From Acutalibacteraceae bacterium (GTDB lineage Bacteria; Bacillota; Clostridia; Oscillospirales; Acutalibacteraceae): 64,000 nucleotides of DNA. Numbering within the stretch: the stretch's first letter is position 1; each line of letters opens with the position of its first letter. The stretch is taken from NCBI GenBank assembly GCA_045603005.1, contig JAZULG010000124.1, forward strand, positions 8,124 to 72,123, written 5' to 3'. A program made the translations under genes and the position numbers. Positions 31,973 to 42,232 of this stretch are shown here, one piece after another. The notes beneath the pieces were generated by a model. It saw only the letters and a program-made list of their open reading frames with translations, searched no databases and was not told the DNA's origin.

Positions 31973-32723
31973 ACTTCTCGGTGAAAATGATCTTGACACG
32001 GTAAAGCAGCTTACATGTGACAGTCTGCTTGGGGCAAGAATACGTTGCTACGCATTATGCTACGGCTTTGATAAAAGTTTTATTGATTTCTGGGCAGGGG
32101 ACAGTGTTATCGTTGCAAGGTTTGAAAATGTGTTTACAGTTAAAGCCGATGAGTCCGTCTGCTATGAAGAATTACGTGAGTTTTTGGATGTAATAGGTGC
32201 AGATGATATTGTTACCGACGAGTTGACTGCTATTTCATTGGGATTTAATGATTTTGACACTAAAAACGGCTTTGTGTACGTTGGCGACAGCTTTTACTCA
32301 TATGACGTAAAACCACTTGACGATAGTTTTTTGCCCGAATTATATGATGTTATAAGTGAAGCAATACCCAATTCCTTTTCAAAGGATAAAAATGCCTATC
32401 TCAGCTTTTTATCTGATTATATGTACAGAAGTAGCAGGGGATTTTCAAGAGCATACGGTATCTGCATATCTGATAAGCTTGTCTCTACAGTTATTACTTC
32501 TTCCGAAACGGATGAATCTGCAATAATCAGCGGAGTTGCTTGTCTTGAAAGGTACAGAAGCTTTGGTTACGGCAAAAAAACAGTACTGACATTATCCTCT
32601 GTATTGAAAAATGAAAATAAAAAAGTATATGTAATCGCACTGAACGAATCAGCCGAAGGATTTTATAAGCATATCGACTTTGAACACTGCTGCAGGATTG
32701 CATATATATCGAAAAAGGTGTAA
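31965..32723 (+). CDS. Hypothetical protein with C-terminal GNAT-like fold
   Basis: ATG 31965 overlaps the M42 stop by 8 nt. The C-terminal GVACLERYRSFGYGKKTVLTL...AEGFYKHIDFE resembles the acetyl-CoA-binding core of GNAT enzymes. The N-terminal half is unassignable. Confidence 0.45.
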   Translation: MLRLLGENDLDTVKQLTCDSLLGARIRCYALCYGFDKSFIDFWAGDSVIVARFENVFTVKADESVCYEELREFLDVIGADDIVTDELTAISLGFNDFDTKNGFVYVGDSFYSYDVKPLDDSFLPELYDVISEAIPNSFSKDKNAYLSFLSDYMYRSSRGFSRAYGICISDKLVSTVITSSETDESAIISGVACLERYRSFGYGKKTVLTLSSVLKNENKKVYVIALNESAEGFYKHIDFEHCCRIAYISKKV

Positions 32724-32725
32724 AA

Positions 32726-33994
32726 ATGTTTAAATTTGATGAAAGAATCAAGAAAATATCAGACGAGGCACTTGAAATTGCACGTGAAGAGTTTAATAAA
32801 ATAGAGTCAATTACTGAATACAATCAGCAGAAAATGCTTGCTGCTTTTATAAATAATTGCGTTTCAGAAACAATGTTTGCAGAAAGCACCGGATACGGTT
32901 ACAATGACAGAGGCAGGGAAACGATAGACAAGGTGTTTGCTCAGGCAGTTGGAGCTGAAGACGCCCTTGTCAGACATAACTTTACCTGCGGCACTCATAC
33001 ACTTACAGTTGCTCTTTTCGGGGTGCTTCGCCCGGGAGATGTGATGCTCAGTGTATCAGGCAGACCGTATGATACTATTCTCCCGGTAATCGGAGTAGGC
33101 TCTACCGAAAATGAAAATATGGGCTCACTTAAAAATTACGGTGTAGTATACGACGAGGTACAGCTTGATAAAGAAGGAAGACTCGACTATTCGGCTATTG
33201 AAGCACGTTTGAATAAAAGTCCCGTTAAAATGGTGTATATTCAGCGTTCCAGAGGCTACAGCCTCAGGCCTACAATTTCCGTTGCGGAGATTGCAAAAGT
33301 TGTTGATATAGTTAAAAAGTTTCCCGGTACTATGGTTATGGTCGATAACTGCTACGGCGAATGGACTGAAAAAATTGAGCCTACCGAAGTTGGTGTTGAT
33401 CTTATTGCAGGCTCACTTATCAAAAACCCCGGCGGAGGAATCGCAAAAACAGGCGGCTACATCGCAGGTAAGCGAGAATATGTTGAGCTTTGTGCATACA
33501 GAATGACAACTCCCGGACTCGGCAGAGAAGTAGGAGCTACTCTCGGGCAGAGCAGAGAGCTCTATATGGGTATATTCAACGGTCCGCATGTTGTCGGAGA
33601 AGCCCTGAAAACCGCTGTGTTCACCGCATCTGTTATGAAGCTTCTCGGTTTTGATTCTACTCCTGAAATTCACGAAACGAGACATGATATTATTGAAGCC
33701 GTAAAGCTTGGCAGAGAGGATTTGCTGATAGCTTTCTGTCAGGGATTGCAGAAGGGTGCCCCCGTGGATTCTTTCGTTACCCCTGAACCTTGGGATATGC
33801 CGGGCTACGATAATAAGGTTATTATGTCGGCAGGTGCTTTTACGCTTGGATCATCAATAGAGCTTTCGGCAGATGCACCTTTACGTGAGCCCTATGCAGT
33901 ATGGTTGCAGGGCGGACTTAACTTCCACAGCAGTAAAATTGCCGTTATGTTTGCCGCTCAGGAAGTTTTGAAGGTACTTGATAAAGAGGGATAA
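32726..33994 (+). CDS. ynbB: YnbB-like PLP-dependent enzyme (aluminium-resistance / Cys-Met lyase-like family)
   Basis: ESTGYGYNDRGRE, the GTHTLTVALFG region and GSLIKNPGGGIAKTGGY match the family as I recall it. Confidence 0.75.
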   Translation: MFKFDERIKKISDEALEIAREEFNKIESITEYNQQKMLAAFINNCVSETMFAESTGYGYNDRGRETIDKVFAQAVGAEDALVRHNFTCGTHTLTVALFGVLRPGDVMLSVSGRPYDTILPVIGVGSTENENMGSLKNYGVVYDEVQLDKEGRLDYSAIEARLNKSPVKMVYIQRSRGYSLRPTISVAEIAKVVDIVKKFPGTMVMVDNCYGEWTEKIEPTEVGVDLIAGSLIKNPGGGIAKTGGYIAGKREYVELCAYRMTTPGLGREVGATLGQSRELYMGIFNGPHVVGEALKTAVFTASVMKLLGFDSTPEIHETRHDIIEAVKLGREDLLIAFCQGLQKGAPVDSFVTPEPWDMPGYDNKVIMSAGAFTLGSSIELSADAPLREPYAVWLQGGLNFHSSKIAVMFAAQEVLKVLDKEG

Positions 33995-33995
33995 T

Positions 33996-34700
33996 ATGAA
34001 TAATTTCAAAGGTTTTTCTCCGGATATCTTTACGTTGCTTGAGCTGAATAAATTCAATGACAGCAAAGAATTTTATGAATCTGTTAAAGATGAAATCAAA
34101 AGCAAGGCGATTGAGCCTATGCGTCAGCTTGCTTCAGATCTCTCGGGTGAGCTGTATAAAATTGATGAAAAGATGAATCTCGTGCCTTCTAAAATGGTTT
34201 CGAGAATCAGAAGAGACACCAGATTTTCGAAAAACAAAAACTTATATAGATCCAATGTATGGTGTATGTTTATGAGAGATAAACATCAGTGGACATATCA
34301 GCCTTGTATGTGGTTTGAGTATTTTACTGACAGCTACGGATACGGCGTAGGTATGTTCCGTACTGACACGGCTTATCTGCAATGCTTCAGAGAGTATCTG
34401 TCGGAGCATCAGGAAGAGTTTTCTGAAGCACTCCGACTCATTGAACTTACAGGTGCAACATGTAATATAGAGTCATATAAAAAGGAAAAACCGGGCACAG
34501 ATAAGATCACTCCTGAGCTGAGACCGTTTTATAACTGTAAAAACATATGGTTCGTTCATTATTCAGGCGATATGAGCAAATTGATTGACGGGTCAGTAAA
34601 AACTGAACTGACCTACGCAATCAGAGCATTCGCACCGTTTTACAGTTTTTTGCTTAAAATTACTGAAAAAATGTATGAAAAGGGTGATTTAAATGAATGA
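33996..34700 (+). CDS. DUF2461-like (TIGR02453-type) protein
   Basis: F.FL.EL..NN-type start (FTLLELNKFNDSKEFYE) and the RIRRDTRFSKNKNLYRS motif. ATG 33996 lies 1 nt after the ynbB stop. Confidence 0.65.
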   Translation: MNNFKGFSPDIFTLLELNKFNDSKEFYESVKDEIKSKAIEPMRQLASDLSGELYKIDEKMNLVPSKMVSRIRRDTRFSKNKNLYRSNVWCMFMRDKHQWTYQPCMWFEYFTDSYGYGVGMFRTDTAYLQCFREYLSEHQEEFSEALRLIELTGATCNIESYKKEKPGTDKITPELRPFYNCKNIWFVHYSGDMSKLIDGSVKTELTYAIRAFAPFYSFLLKITEKMYEKGDLNE

Positions 34701-36204
34701 AAACAAATACTTACACCTTAAAAGCGGTACCGACATAAGAGGAACTGCCGTTGACGGTGTACCCGGTGAAGAGGTTGAGCTCACCGATGAGGCTGTTTTT
34801 GATCTTACAGTCGGCTTTTGTAAATGGCTTTCGGAAAACGGCTACAATAAAAATAATATGATTGCAGTCGGCCATGATTCAAGAATCTCAGCTGACAGAA
34901 TCAAGAACTGTATCTTCAAGGCTCTTGCTCAGTTTGATTATGAAATCTATGATTGCTGTTATGCATCAACACCGGCAATGTTTATGTCTACGGTTGACGT
35001 GGGCTTTGTTGCTTCAATTCAGATTACCGCAAGCCATCATCCTTATAACAAAAACGGGCTTAAATTCTTTACCCGCAACGGCGGACTTGACGGAAAGGAT
35101 ATTGTAAGAGTAACAGAACTTGCATCAGAAAGCTTTGAAGTTGCCGACAAGCTTCCGAAGGTTATCCCTTATAATTATATGTCAGGATACGCAAAGAGAC
35201 TCAGAGATATGATCTGCGAAGAAGTAAATGCTGACGACTATGAAATGCCTCTTAAGGGATACAGAATTGTTGTTGATGCAGGCAACGGTGTCGGAGGATT
35301 TTATGCTACACAGGTTCTTGAAAGGCTCGGAGCAGATATCAGCGGCAGTCAGTTCCTTGAAAAAGACGGAATGTTCCCGAATCACGCACCGAACCCTGAA
35401 AACAAAGAAGCAATGAAATCCATAAGAGAAGCTACTGTCAGAAACGGTGCAGATCTTGGTATAATTTTTGATACCGACGTTGACAGAGCCGGCTGTGTAG
35501 ACAAAAGCGGAAACGAAATCAACAGAAACCGTCTCGTTGCACTGGCTTCCATTATTGCACTTGAAGGTAATCCGGGCGGAACAATTGTAACAGACAGTGT
35601 AACTTCTACAGGGCTTACGGATTTCATAAATAACAGCCTTGGCGGTGTGCACTACAGATTTAAACGTGGCTACAAAAATGTAATCAACGAACAGATAAGG
35701 CTACAAAACACCGGAATCAACTGTCCATTAGCCATTGAGACGTCAGGTCACGCTGCATTCAGAGATAATTATTACCTTGATGACGGTGCTTATCTTATAA
35801 CAAAAATAATTATCAAGATGGCACAAATGGGCAAAGAAGGCAAAAAAATTAATTCACTTATTGAAGCATTGAAGGATCCTGCTGAAGAAAAGGAATTCAG
35901 ATTTAAAATTAATGAAAAGGACTTCAGAGCTTACGGCTTAATGGTGATTGATGAACTTACAGCGTACGCTTCAGAAAAAGAAGGCTGGCGAGTTGCAGAT
36001 GATAATCGTGAGGGTGTCAGAATTTACTTTGACGGCGAAGAAGAAAAAGGCTGGTTACTTCTCAGACTCAGTGTTCACGATCCGATTATGCCGTTGAATA
36101 TTGAGAGTGATGTAGCCGGCGGTGTCAGACATATTACTGAAAAATTTATGGAGTTTATCAAACAATATGATAGGCTCGACATTTCTGCATTAATCAATTA
36201 CTGA
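34693..36204 (+). CDS. Phosphomannomutase/phosphoglucomutase
   Basis: Active-site loop TASHHPYNKNG, Mg site FDTDVDR, sugar loop ETSGH. Confidence 0.9.
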   Translation: MNENKYLHLKSGTDIRGTAVDGVPGEEVELTDEAVFDLTVGFCKWLSENGYNKNNMIAVGHDSRISADRIKNCIFKALAQFDYEIYDCCYASTPAMFMSTVDVGFVASIQITASHHPYNKNGLKFFTRNGGLDGKDIVRVTELASESFEVADKLPKVIPYNYMSGYAKRLRDMICEEVNADDYEMPLKGYRIVVDAGNGVGGFYATQVLERLGADISGSQFLEKDGMFPNHAPNPENKEAMKSIREATVRNGADLGIIFDTDVDRAGCVDKSGNEINRNRLVALASIIALEGNPGGTIVTDSVTSTGLTDFINNSLGGVHYRFKRGYKNVINEQIRLQNTGINCPLAIETSGHAAFRDNYYLDDGAYLITKIIIKMAQMGKEGKKINSLIEALKDPAEEKEFRFKINEKDFRAYGLMVIDELTAYASEKEGWRVADDNREGVRIYFDGEEEKGWLLLRLSVHDPIMPLNIESDVAGGVRHITEKFMEFIKQYDRLDISALINY

Positions 36205-36229
36205 TAAAATTATTAAAAGGAGGTAACAT

Positions 36230-37555
36230 ATGCGTAAATACTTTACGGCTTTTATAGCTTTCAGCTTTCTTGCAATTGTAATGACTGTTATTTGTCTTGT
36301 CAGCTTCAAGCCCATAGATACTCTTATGAAGCCTCCTATGTCAGGTGGAGAAAACCGTGATATCCAGCTTGCGTTTGAAGAAACGCTGAATAAAGGCTAC
36401 AAGCTCAGAGTACCGCTGAGCGGCAACTACCGATCTTCTTATATTTCCGAAGATGTTAACGGTGACGGTCAGGAGGAAACTGTTGTACTGTATTCAACCG
36501 AGGATGCGGTTGATCTTGTCAAAATTTCATTTATGATGAAAGTGAATAATGAATGGAAGGTTATTTCAAGTCTTGAGAGTGAATATAGTGAGGTACATCA
36601 GGTAAAGTTTGATGATATCGACGGTGACGGTATTATGGAGATTCTAATCGGACTGACACTGTATAATAACGATCTTTCACGTCAGCTCAACGTATATCGG
36701 TTACCCGTTAACGGAAACGGAGACTTTGATAAGATTTACGGCTCTTCATACCTTAGATTTGATACAGTTGATATTGACTCGGATTATGTTTCTGATATTG
36801 CTATTTTTGAGCAGAGCGAGGACGGAATTGTTCTTTCAAGTAATGTATATTCAGATGGTAATATAATAAGAAATGCATCAATTCAGCTTGATTCCTCCGT
36901 ATATTCAGTTTACAACCTTTCATGTGATAACGGTGCAGACAACGGTGCACTCCGAATGTTTGTCGATTCATATAAAATTGATTCAGGTGCAATTACTGAG
37001 TGTGTATATTGGGATAAGCATAGCGGGAAGATGGATAAAGTGAAAGTCAACGGTGTCAGCGTACTTTCTTCACGCTTCAGCGGCATTCCTTGCCAGGATG
37101 TAAATTATGACGGCTTAATTGAAATACCCGTCGAGGTACCCTTAGCTGATAGCTGTATTGTTACAGATAATGATTCAACAACACAAATTCAGAATATCAT
37201 TAAATGGATTCAGCTTGATAAAAACAACTTCAGCACTGTGACACATCAGCTGATTTACAGCAACAATGATTTCAGAATAACCTTTAATGAAAAATGGTTA
37301 AAAAACATTACGGTTATAAACGATTACACAAAAAACTCAATTGAGTTTTATTCTTCCAAGGGAGCTACAAAAACATTATTGTTTGAGCTTATATATACCT
37401 CTACTCAGGCTGAGGAGGATGCTCTCTCAAATAAATACAAACTACTCAAGGAAACCGGTAAAGGAAAGCTGTTTTATATAATATACAACTCAGACCGAAA
37501 TCTCAATATTAATAAAGTTTACATCGAGAAATCGATAATTCTTTACGGAGGATAA
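36230..37555 (+). CDS. Membrane-anchored extracytoplasmic protein with FG-GAP/VCBS-like Ca-binding repeats
   Basis: N-terminal TM (FTAFIAFSFLAIVMTVICLV), then repeated DxDxDG-type motifs: DVNGDGQEE, DIDGDGIMEI, DVNYDGLIEI. Its stop lies 4 nt before the response regulator. Confidence 0.5.
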   Translation: MRKYFTAFIAFSFLAIVMTVICLVSFKPIDTLMKPPMSGGENRDIQLAFEETLNKGYKLRVPLSGNYRSSYISEDVNGDGQEETVVLYSTEDAVDLVKISFMMKVNNEWKVISSLESEYSEVHQVKFDDIDGDGIMEILIGLTLYNNDLSRQLNVYRLPVNGNGDFDKIYGSSYLRFDTVDIDSDYVSDIAIFEQSEDGIVLSSNVYSDGNIIRNASIQLDSSVYSVYNLSCDNGADNGALRMFVDSYKIDSGAITECVYWDKHSGKMDKVKVNGVSVLSSRFSGIPCQDVNYDGLIEIPVEVPLADSCIVTDNDSTTQIQNIIKWIQLDKNNFSTVTHQLIYSNNDFRITFNEKWLKNITVINDYTKNSIEFYSSKGATKTLLFELIYTSTQAEEDALSNKYKLLKETGKGKLFYIIYNSDRNLNINKVYIEKSIILYGG

Positions 37556-37559
37556 AGCT

Positions 37560-38261
37560 ATGAAAACAATTTTAGTTGCTGAAGATGAAACTTCCATCAG
37601 AGATTTTATTGTAATTAATCTAAAAATTGCGGGCTTTGATGTAATTGAAGCGAGTAACGGTTCAAAGGCAGTAGAACTTTATGATAAATTTGCAGACCGC
37701 ATTGATATAGCATTGCTTGACATCATGATGCCGGATGTTGACGGATACAATGTATGTAAGCACATCAGAGAAAACAACGCAAATGTCGGCATTGTATTTC
37801 TCACAGCCAAAACCCAGGAGCAGGATGTGATCGGTGGATTCCGCTACGGAGCTGATGATTATATTTCCAAACCCTTTTCACCTTCTGAGCTTGTTGTGAG
37901 ACTTGAAACGCTTTACAGGCGTGTCGAATACAGTAAGAATCTTCTTAAGTCTACTCAGACCGATAAAATCAAGCTTGGCGATTTTGTTCTCGATCTTAAG
38001 AAGCACTGCATTTCAAAAAAAGACGAGGTAATTGAGCTTACTCAGATTGAATTTCAGATTTTGGAGTGCTTTTTTAATGAACCGGGTAAATCCATTGACA
38101 GAAAATACATACTAAATAAAGTCTGGGGTGACCCCTACTTCGGTGATGATAAGGTTGTTGATGTCAATATAAGACGTCTCAGGATTAAGCTGGAAGAAAG
38201 CCCGTCAAACCCACGTCATCTCATAACTATATGGGGGCAGGGATACTGCTGGAAAGAATAA
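37560..38261 (+). CDS. OmpR-family response regulator
   Basis: Receiver domain (VAEDE, LLDIMMPDVDG, LTAK) and a winged-helix C-domain (LTQIEFQILECF, VDVNIRRLRIKLE, TIWGQGY). Confidence 0.9.
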   Translation: MKTILVAEDETSIRDFIVINLKIAGFDVIEASNGSKAVELYDKFADRIDIALLDIMMPDVDGYNVCKHIRENNANVGIVFLTAKTQEQDVIGGFRYGADDYISKPFSPSELVVRLETLYRRVEYSKNLLKSTQTDKIKLGDFVLDLKKHCISKKDEVIELTQIEFQILECFFNEPGKSIDRKYILNKVWGDPYFGDDKVVDVNIRRLRIKLEESPSNPRHLITIWGQGYCWKE

Positions 38262-38287
38262 AATTATAATGAAAGGAGAAGCGCCGT

Positions 38288-39709
38288 ATGAGAAAATCCA
38301 TCAAAAGAAGATGGGTAAAAAATATTTTGCTGAGTATCATTATAGTGCTTCTCGTCTGCTCGAGCATAATTTTATACTCAATTTACAACAGATATCAGAA
38401 TTACGCTGAACAAACCATAAGAGCAAGAATTACAAAATCTATCGATACCTATTTTTTGCCATTCAGTGATGCTGACGACGAGACCTTTGCTCAGGTGGCG
38501 GCTGACTTTCTTGAGACCTTCCTTTATAAGGAATTGATGGAAGTGTGGGTGCTCGATAAAGACGGAAATATGATTGCATCCTCAAGCGGCTTCAGCGATG
38601 AAAACAAACGTGAATATCCTGATTTTTCTGAGGCAATTTATTCAGAAAACCGTATCGGATCTGCACTTACGAGCCTTGAATCAGGTGAACATATCACCGC
38701 TGTTACATATATTCTGCGAGATAATAACGGAGAAGCTTACGGAGCGCTGCGTTATATGATTTCAATGCAGGATATTGACAGACAGTTCATTCTCATCACT
38801 ATACTTGCAGCTGTTATTTTTATTCTTGTTATTCTTGTTTTTGCAATGTCAGGTGTTTATTTTATATCCTCTATTGTCAATCCTCTCCAAAGAATCAATC
38901 AGATAACAAAGGAAATTGCAAAGGGCAATTTTGATGTACGCCTGGAATCCGAAAACGACGATGAAATAGGAGAGCTCTCTTCCTCAATAAACGATATGGC
39001 ACTACAGCTGAGTGAAATTGATGAAATGAAGAATGATTTTATTTCAACAGTTTCTCACGAAATAAGAACACCGCTTACGGCGATTAAGGGGTGGAGTGAA
39101 ACCCTGAAAAGCATTGAAGATGATAAGGAACTCAGTCAGAAGGGGTTAAATATTATCATAGACGAAACAACACGTTTATCCGTAATGGTTGAGGAACTGC
39201 TGAATTTCTCAAGAATACAAAGCGGAAAGCTCACTGCCAACAAAGAAAAAACCTGTCTCAATGATGTTGTTGAGCAGGCTGTCGATATTTACAATCAGAA
39301 ATGTAAGGTTGAAAATGTTACACTGAATTCAGTGCACAGTAATAAAAAAATTTATATTTATGCTGATAAAGATAAAATTCTGCAGGTAATTATCAATATA
39401 CTTGATAATGCCCTGAAATATAATCATAACGGCGGAAGAATTGATGTTAAGGTTGAGAAAGTCAAAAAGTACGGAAAAATAACCATTAAAGATACCGGAT
39501 GCGGTATAAACGAAGATGATCTCAAGCATGTTAAGGATAAGTTTTATAAAGCAAACAACACCGTAAGAGGAACCGGCATCGGTTTAGCAGTTGTTGATGA
39601 AATAATCGGAATGCATAACGGTACATTTGAAATTAAAAGCGAAATAGAAAAGGGTACATCCGTTGAAATATGTATTCCCTTATATACAAAGGAGTCAGAT
39701 TATGAGTAA
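38288..39709 (+). CDS. Sensor histidine kinase (2 TM, extracytoplasmic loop, HAMP, HisKA, HATPase)
   Basis: H-box SHEIRTPL, N-box DNALKYN, G-boxes DTGCGI and GTGIGL. About 140 aa lie between the two TMs. Confidence 0.9.
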   Translation: MRKSIKRRWVKNILLSIIIVLLVCSSIILYSIYNRYQNYAEQTIRARITKSIDTYFLPFSDADDETFAQVAADFLETFLYKELMEVWVLDKDGNMIASSSGFSDENKREYPDFSEAIYSENRIGSALTSLESGEHITAVTYILRDNNGEAYGALRYMISMQDIDRQFILITILAAVIFILVILVFAMSGVYFISSIVNPLQRINQITKEIAKGNFDVRLESENDDEIGELSSSINDMALQLSEIDEMKNDFISTVSHEIRTPLTAIKGWSETLKSIEDDKELSQKGLNIIIDETTRLSVMVEELLNFSRIQSGKLTANKEKTCLNDVVEQAVDIYNQKCKVENVTLNSVHSNKKIYIYADKDKILQVIINILDNALKYNHNGGRIDVKVEKVKKYGKITIKDTGCGINEDDLKHVKDKFYKANNTVRGTGIGLAVVDEIIGMHNGTFEIKSEIEKGTSVEICIPLYTKESDYE

Positions 39710-40688
39710 AAAAGAAAAATCAGCCTGCAAGCTCTCAATCGGCGGACAGGCGCTGATCGAAGGAATTATGATGCAGGGACCACAGGGTGCAGCAATTTCA
39801 GTAAGATGCCCTGACGGTACTATTGATACTGAAAAAATTGAGGTAAAGCACATAAAGGATAAAATTAAGTTCCTTGGCTGGCCTATGATAAGAGGTATCG
39901 TTAATTATGTTGAGTCAATGGTATTCGGTTACAAATGCCTTATGATTTCGGCTGATAAATCCGGTCTCGAGGATATTGAGGCCGATGCCGAGAATTCATC
40001 TAAGCTTGATAAATGGCTCAGTGAGCATCTTAATAAAAAAGTAATGTGTGTTATTACAGGTATAGCGTCTATTATCGGTGTGCTTTTAGCATTTTTACTT
40101 TTTTTCTATCTTCCTACTGCTGCGGTTAATTTTCTTAACAAAATTACCGATGGCGTACTTACAAATTACCGTGCTTTATTTGAAGGTGTAATCAGAATGA
40201 CAATTTTCGTTCTGTATATCGCTCTTGTTTCTCTTATGAAGGATATCAAACGTACTTTTATGTATCACGGCGCTGAGCATAAAACAATTTTCTGCTATGA
40301 AAACGGACTTGAGCTTACTGTCGAAAATGTAAAGAAGCAGTCAAGATTTCATCCGAGATGCGGCACAAGCTTTATATTTGTTATTATAATAATCAGTGTT
40401 ATAATTTCTTCGATTATTTCCGTAACAACAGATCTTCATTCAAATAATCTGCTATGGATGGGCGTTAAGCTTATGATTTTACCTTTGGTAACAGGCTTCA
40501 GCTATGAGTTTATCAGGTACGCAGGAAGACATAATAATCTCTTTGTAAAGATTCTTGCTGCTCCCGGTCTTTGGATGCAGCGTCTTACAACAAAGGAGCC
40601 TGATGAAAAAATGATTGAGGTCGCCATTGCCGCTTTTACCGCAGTGCTTCCTGATGAAGATAAGGAAAGAGCAGAAGATGAGACTTAA
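39702..40688 (+). CDS. DUF1385-like membrane protein
   Basis: GGQALIEGIMMQGP, YHGAEHK and HPRCGTSF motifs. Its position upstream of prmC is common in Firmicutes. ATG 39702 overlaps the kinase stop by 8 nt. Confidence 0.75.
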   Translation: MSKKEKSACKLSIGGQALIEGIMMQGPQGAAISVRCPDGTIDTEKIEVKHIKDKIKFLGWPMIRGIVNYVESMVFGYKCLMISADKSGLEDIEADAENSSKLDKWLSEHLNKKVMCVITGIASIIGVLLAFLLFFYLPTAAVNFLNKITDGVLTNYRALFEGVIRMTIFVLYIALVSLMKDIKRTFMYHGAEHKTIFCYENGLELTVENVKKQSRFHPRCGTSFIFVIIIISVIISSIISVTTDLHSNNLLWMGVKLMILPLVTGFSYEFIRYAGRHNNLFVKILAAPGLWMQRLTTKEPDEKMIEVAIAAFTAVLPDEDKERAEDET

Positions 40689-41520
40689 TTCAATATATAA
40701 CGAGATATGTTCAAAAATCAGCATTATTTGTGATAATCCGCAATTTGAAGCAAAAGAGCTTATAAAATATGTCTGTAACTTTAATGAAACAGAGTTTCTG
40801 CTCGGCCGTGACAGTGAAATTTCAGCGCATTTATCTGAAAGGCTCTTTGATTCGGCGGAAATGAGGCTTTCCGGTGTACCATTGCAGTATATAATCGGAG
40901 AGTGGGATTTTATGGGACATACATTTAAAGTCGGTGAAGGAGTTCTCATTCCGCGACCTGAAACTGAATTACTTTGTCAATACGTTATTGATGAAATAAA
41001 AGAAAAATCTGCACCCTGTGTCTTTGATCTTTGCTCAGGCAGCGGTTGTATAGCCCTATCCCTGAAGCTCGCTAAGAGGGATACAGAAGTTTTTGCTGTT
41101 GAAAAAAGTGCAGATGCATATAAATATCTCAGAATTAATGCTGAAGCTCTGTGTGCAGCTGAGCCTATAACAACAATTAACGGCGATATTTTTAATATTG
41201 AAGCTTTCGAAAATCTTCCGAAAGCTGATATAATTGTCAGCAACCCTCCTTATATCAACACCGACGATATATCAACCCTCCAGAAAGAAGTAAGATGTGA
41301 GCCGGTTATGGCTCTTGACGGTGGACGTGACGGACTTGATTTTTATCGCTTCATTATATCCGAGTGGAAGACTTTTTTGAAAGCAGACGGTTGTTTTGCT
41401 TTTGAATGCGGAGAGAGTCAGGCGACGGCAATAGGGGACATCCTGAAAGAAAACGGATTTGACAGTTTTATTTATAAAGATTATAATGATATCGACAGAT
41501 TTGTAATCGGAAGGAGATAA
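40678..41520 (+). CDS. prmC: Release-factor glutamine N5-methyltransferase
   Basis: PLQYIIGEWDFMG, LIPRPETE, DLCSGSGCIA, NPPY (SNPPYI). Confidence 0.9.
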   Translation: MRLNSIYNEICSKISIICDNPQFEAKELIKYVCNFNETEFLLGRDSEISAHLSERLFDSAEMRLSGVPLQYIIGEWDFMGHTFKVGEGVLIPRPETELLCQYVIDEIKEKSAPCVFDLCSGSGCIALSLKLAKRDTEVFAVEKSADAYKYLRINAEALCAAEPITTINGDIFNIEAFENLPKADIIVSNPPYINTDDISTLQKEVRCEPVMALDGGRDGLDFYRFIISEWKTFLKADGCFAFECGESQATAIGDILKENGFDSFIYKDYNDIDRFVIGRR

Positions 41521-41522
41521 TA

Positions 41523-42209
41523 ATGGGCGTTTTATCTAAGCTTTTATCAAACGGTTTTAATACGGATACCATGCTCGCTTTGTTTGCGGCTTTGTTTGTA
41601 ATTTTCTGTGTTTCACCGCTTCATGAATATTCGCATGCACTTGTTGCGTATAAGCTCGGTGACCGTACTGCAAAATTTCAGGGAAGGCTTACGCTTAATC
41701 CTCTCGCACATATTGATCCTATAGGCGCAATTATGATTCTCCTTGTCGGATTCGGTTATGCGAAGCCTGTGCCTGTTAATATGAGAAATTTTCCGCGTCA
41801 GAAAAGAAAATTTTATATGGGGCTTACCGCTCTGGCAGGTCCGATGTCAAATATTATAATGGCATTTTTAATGACACTTTGTTATTCACTGTTTTTCAAG
41901 CTGATGCTTGTCAACGGACCTGATAAGATGTTTTATAATATGTGCACATTTTTCATTTATGCTTCTATCATTAATATTTCTCTTGCTGTATTTAATCTTA
42001 TACCTATTCCGCCTCTTGACGGCTCAAGAATAATGAGCGCAGTTCTCCCTGATAAGTACTATTATAAAATCATGCAGTATGAAAGATATATCATGATTGC
42101 ATTGTTTGTACTTATCTACATCGGTGTACTTGACAGGCCGTTAAACATTGCAGTTGACCTTGTATATGACGGAATGCTGAAAATTGCTTTTGCTATTGTC
42201 GGCATATAA
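41523..42209 (+). CDS. M50-family (site-2 protease-like) membrane metalloprotease
   Basis: HExxH motif HEYSHALVA and second motif NLIPIPPLDGSR. Polytopic. Confidence 0.8.
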   Translation: MGVLSKLLSNGFNTDTMLALFAALFVIFCVSPLHEYSHALVAYKLGDRTAKFQGRLTLNPLAHIDPIGAIMILLVGFGYAKPVPVNMRNFPRQKRKFYMGLTALAGPMSNIIMAFLMTLCYSLFFKLMLVNGPDKMFYNMCTFFIYASIINISLAVFNLIPIPPLDGSRIMSAVLPDKYYYKIMQYERYIMIALFVLIYIGVLDRPLNIAVDLVYDGMLKIAFAIVGI

Positions 42210-42232
42210 TTTGATTTACGTTCAGGAGTATT

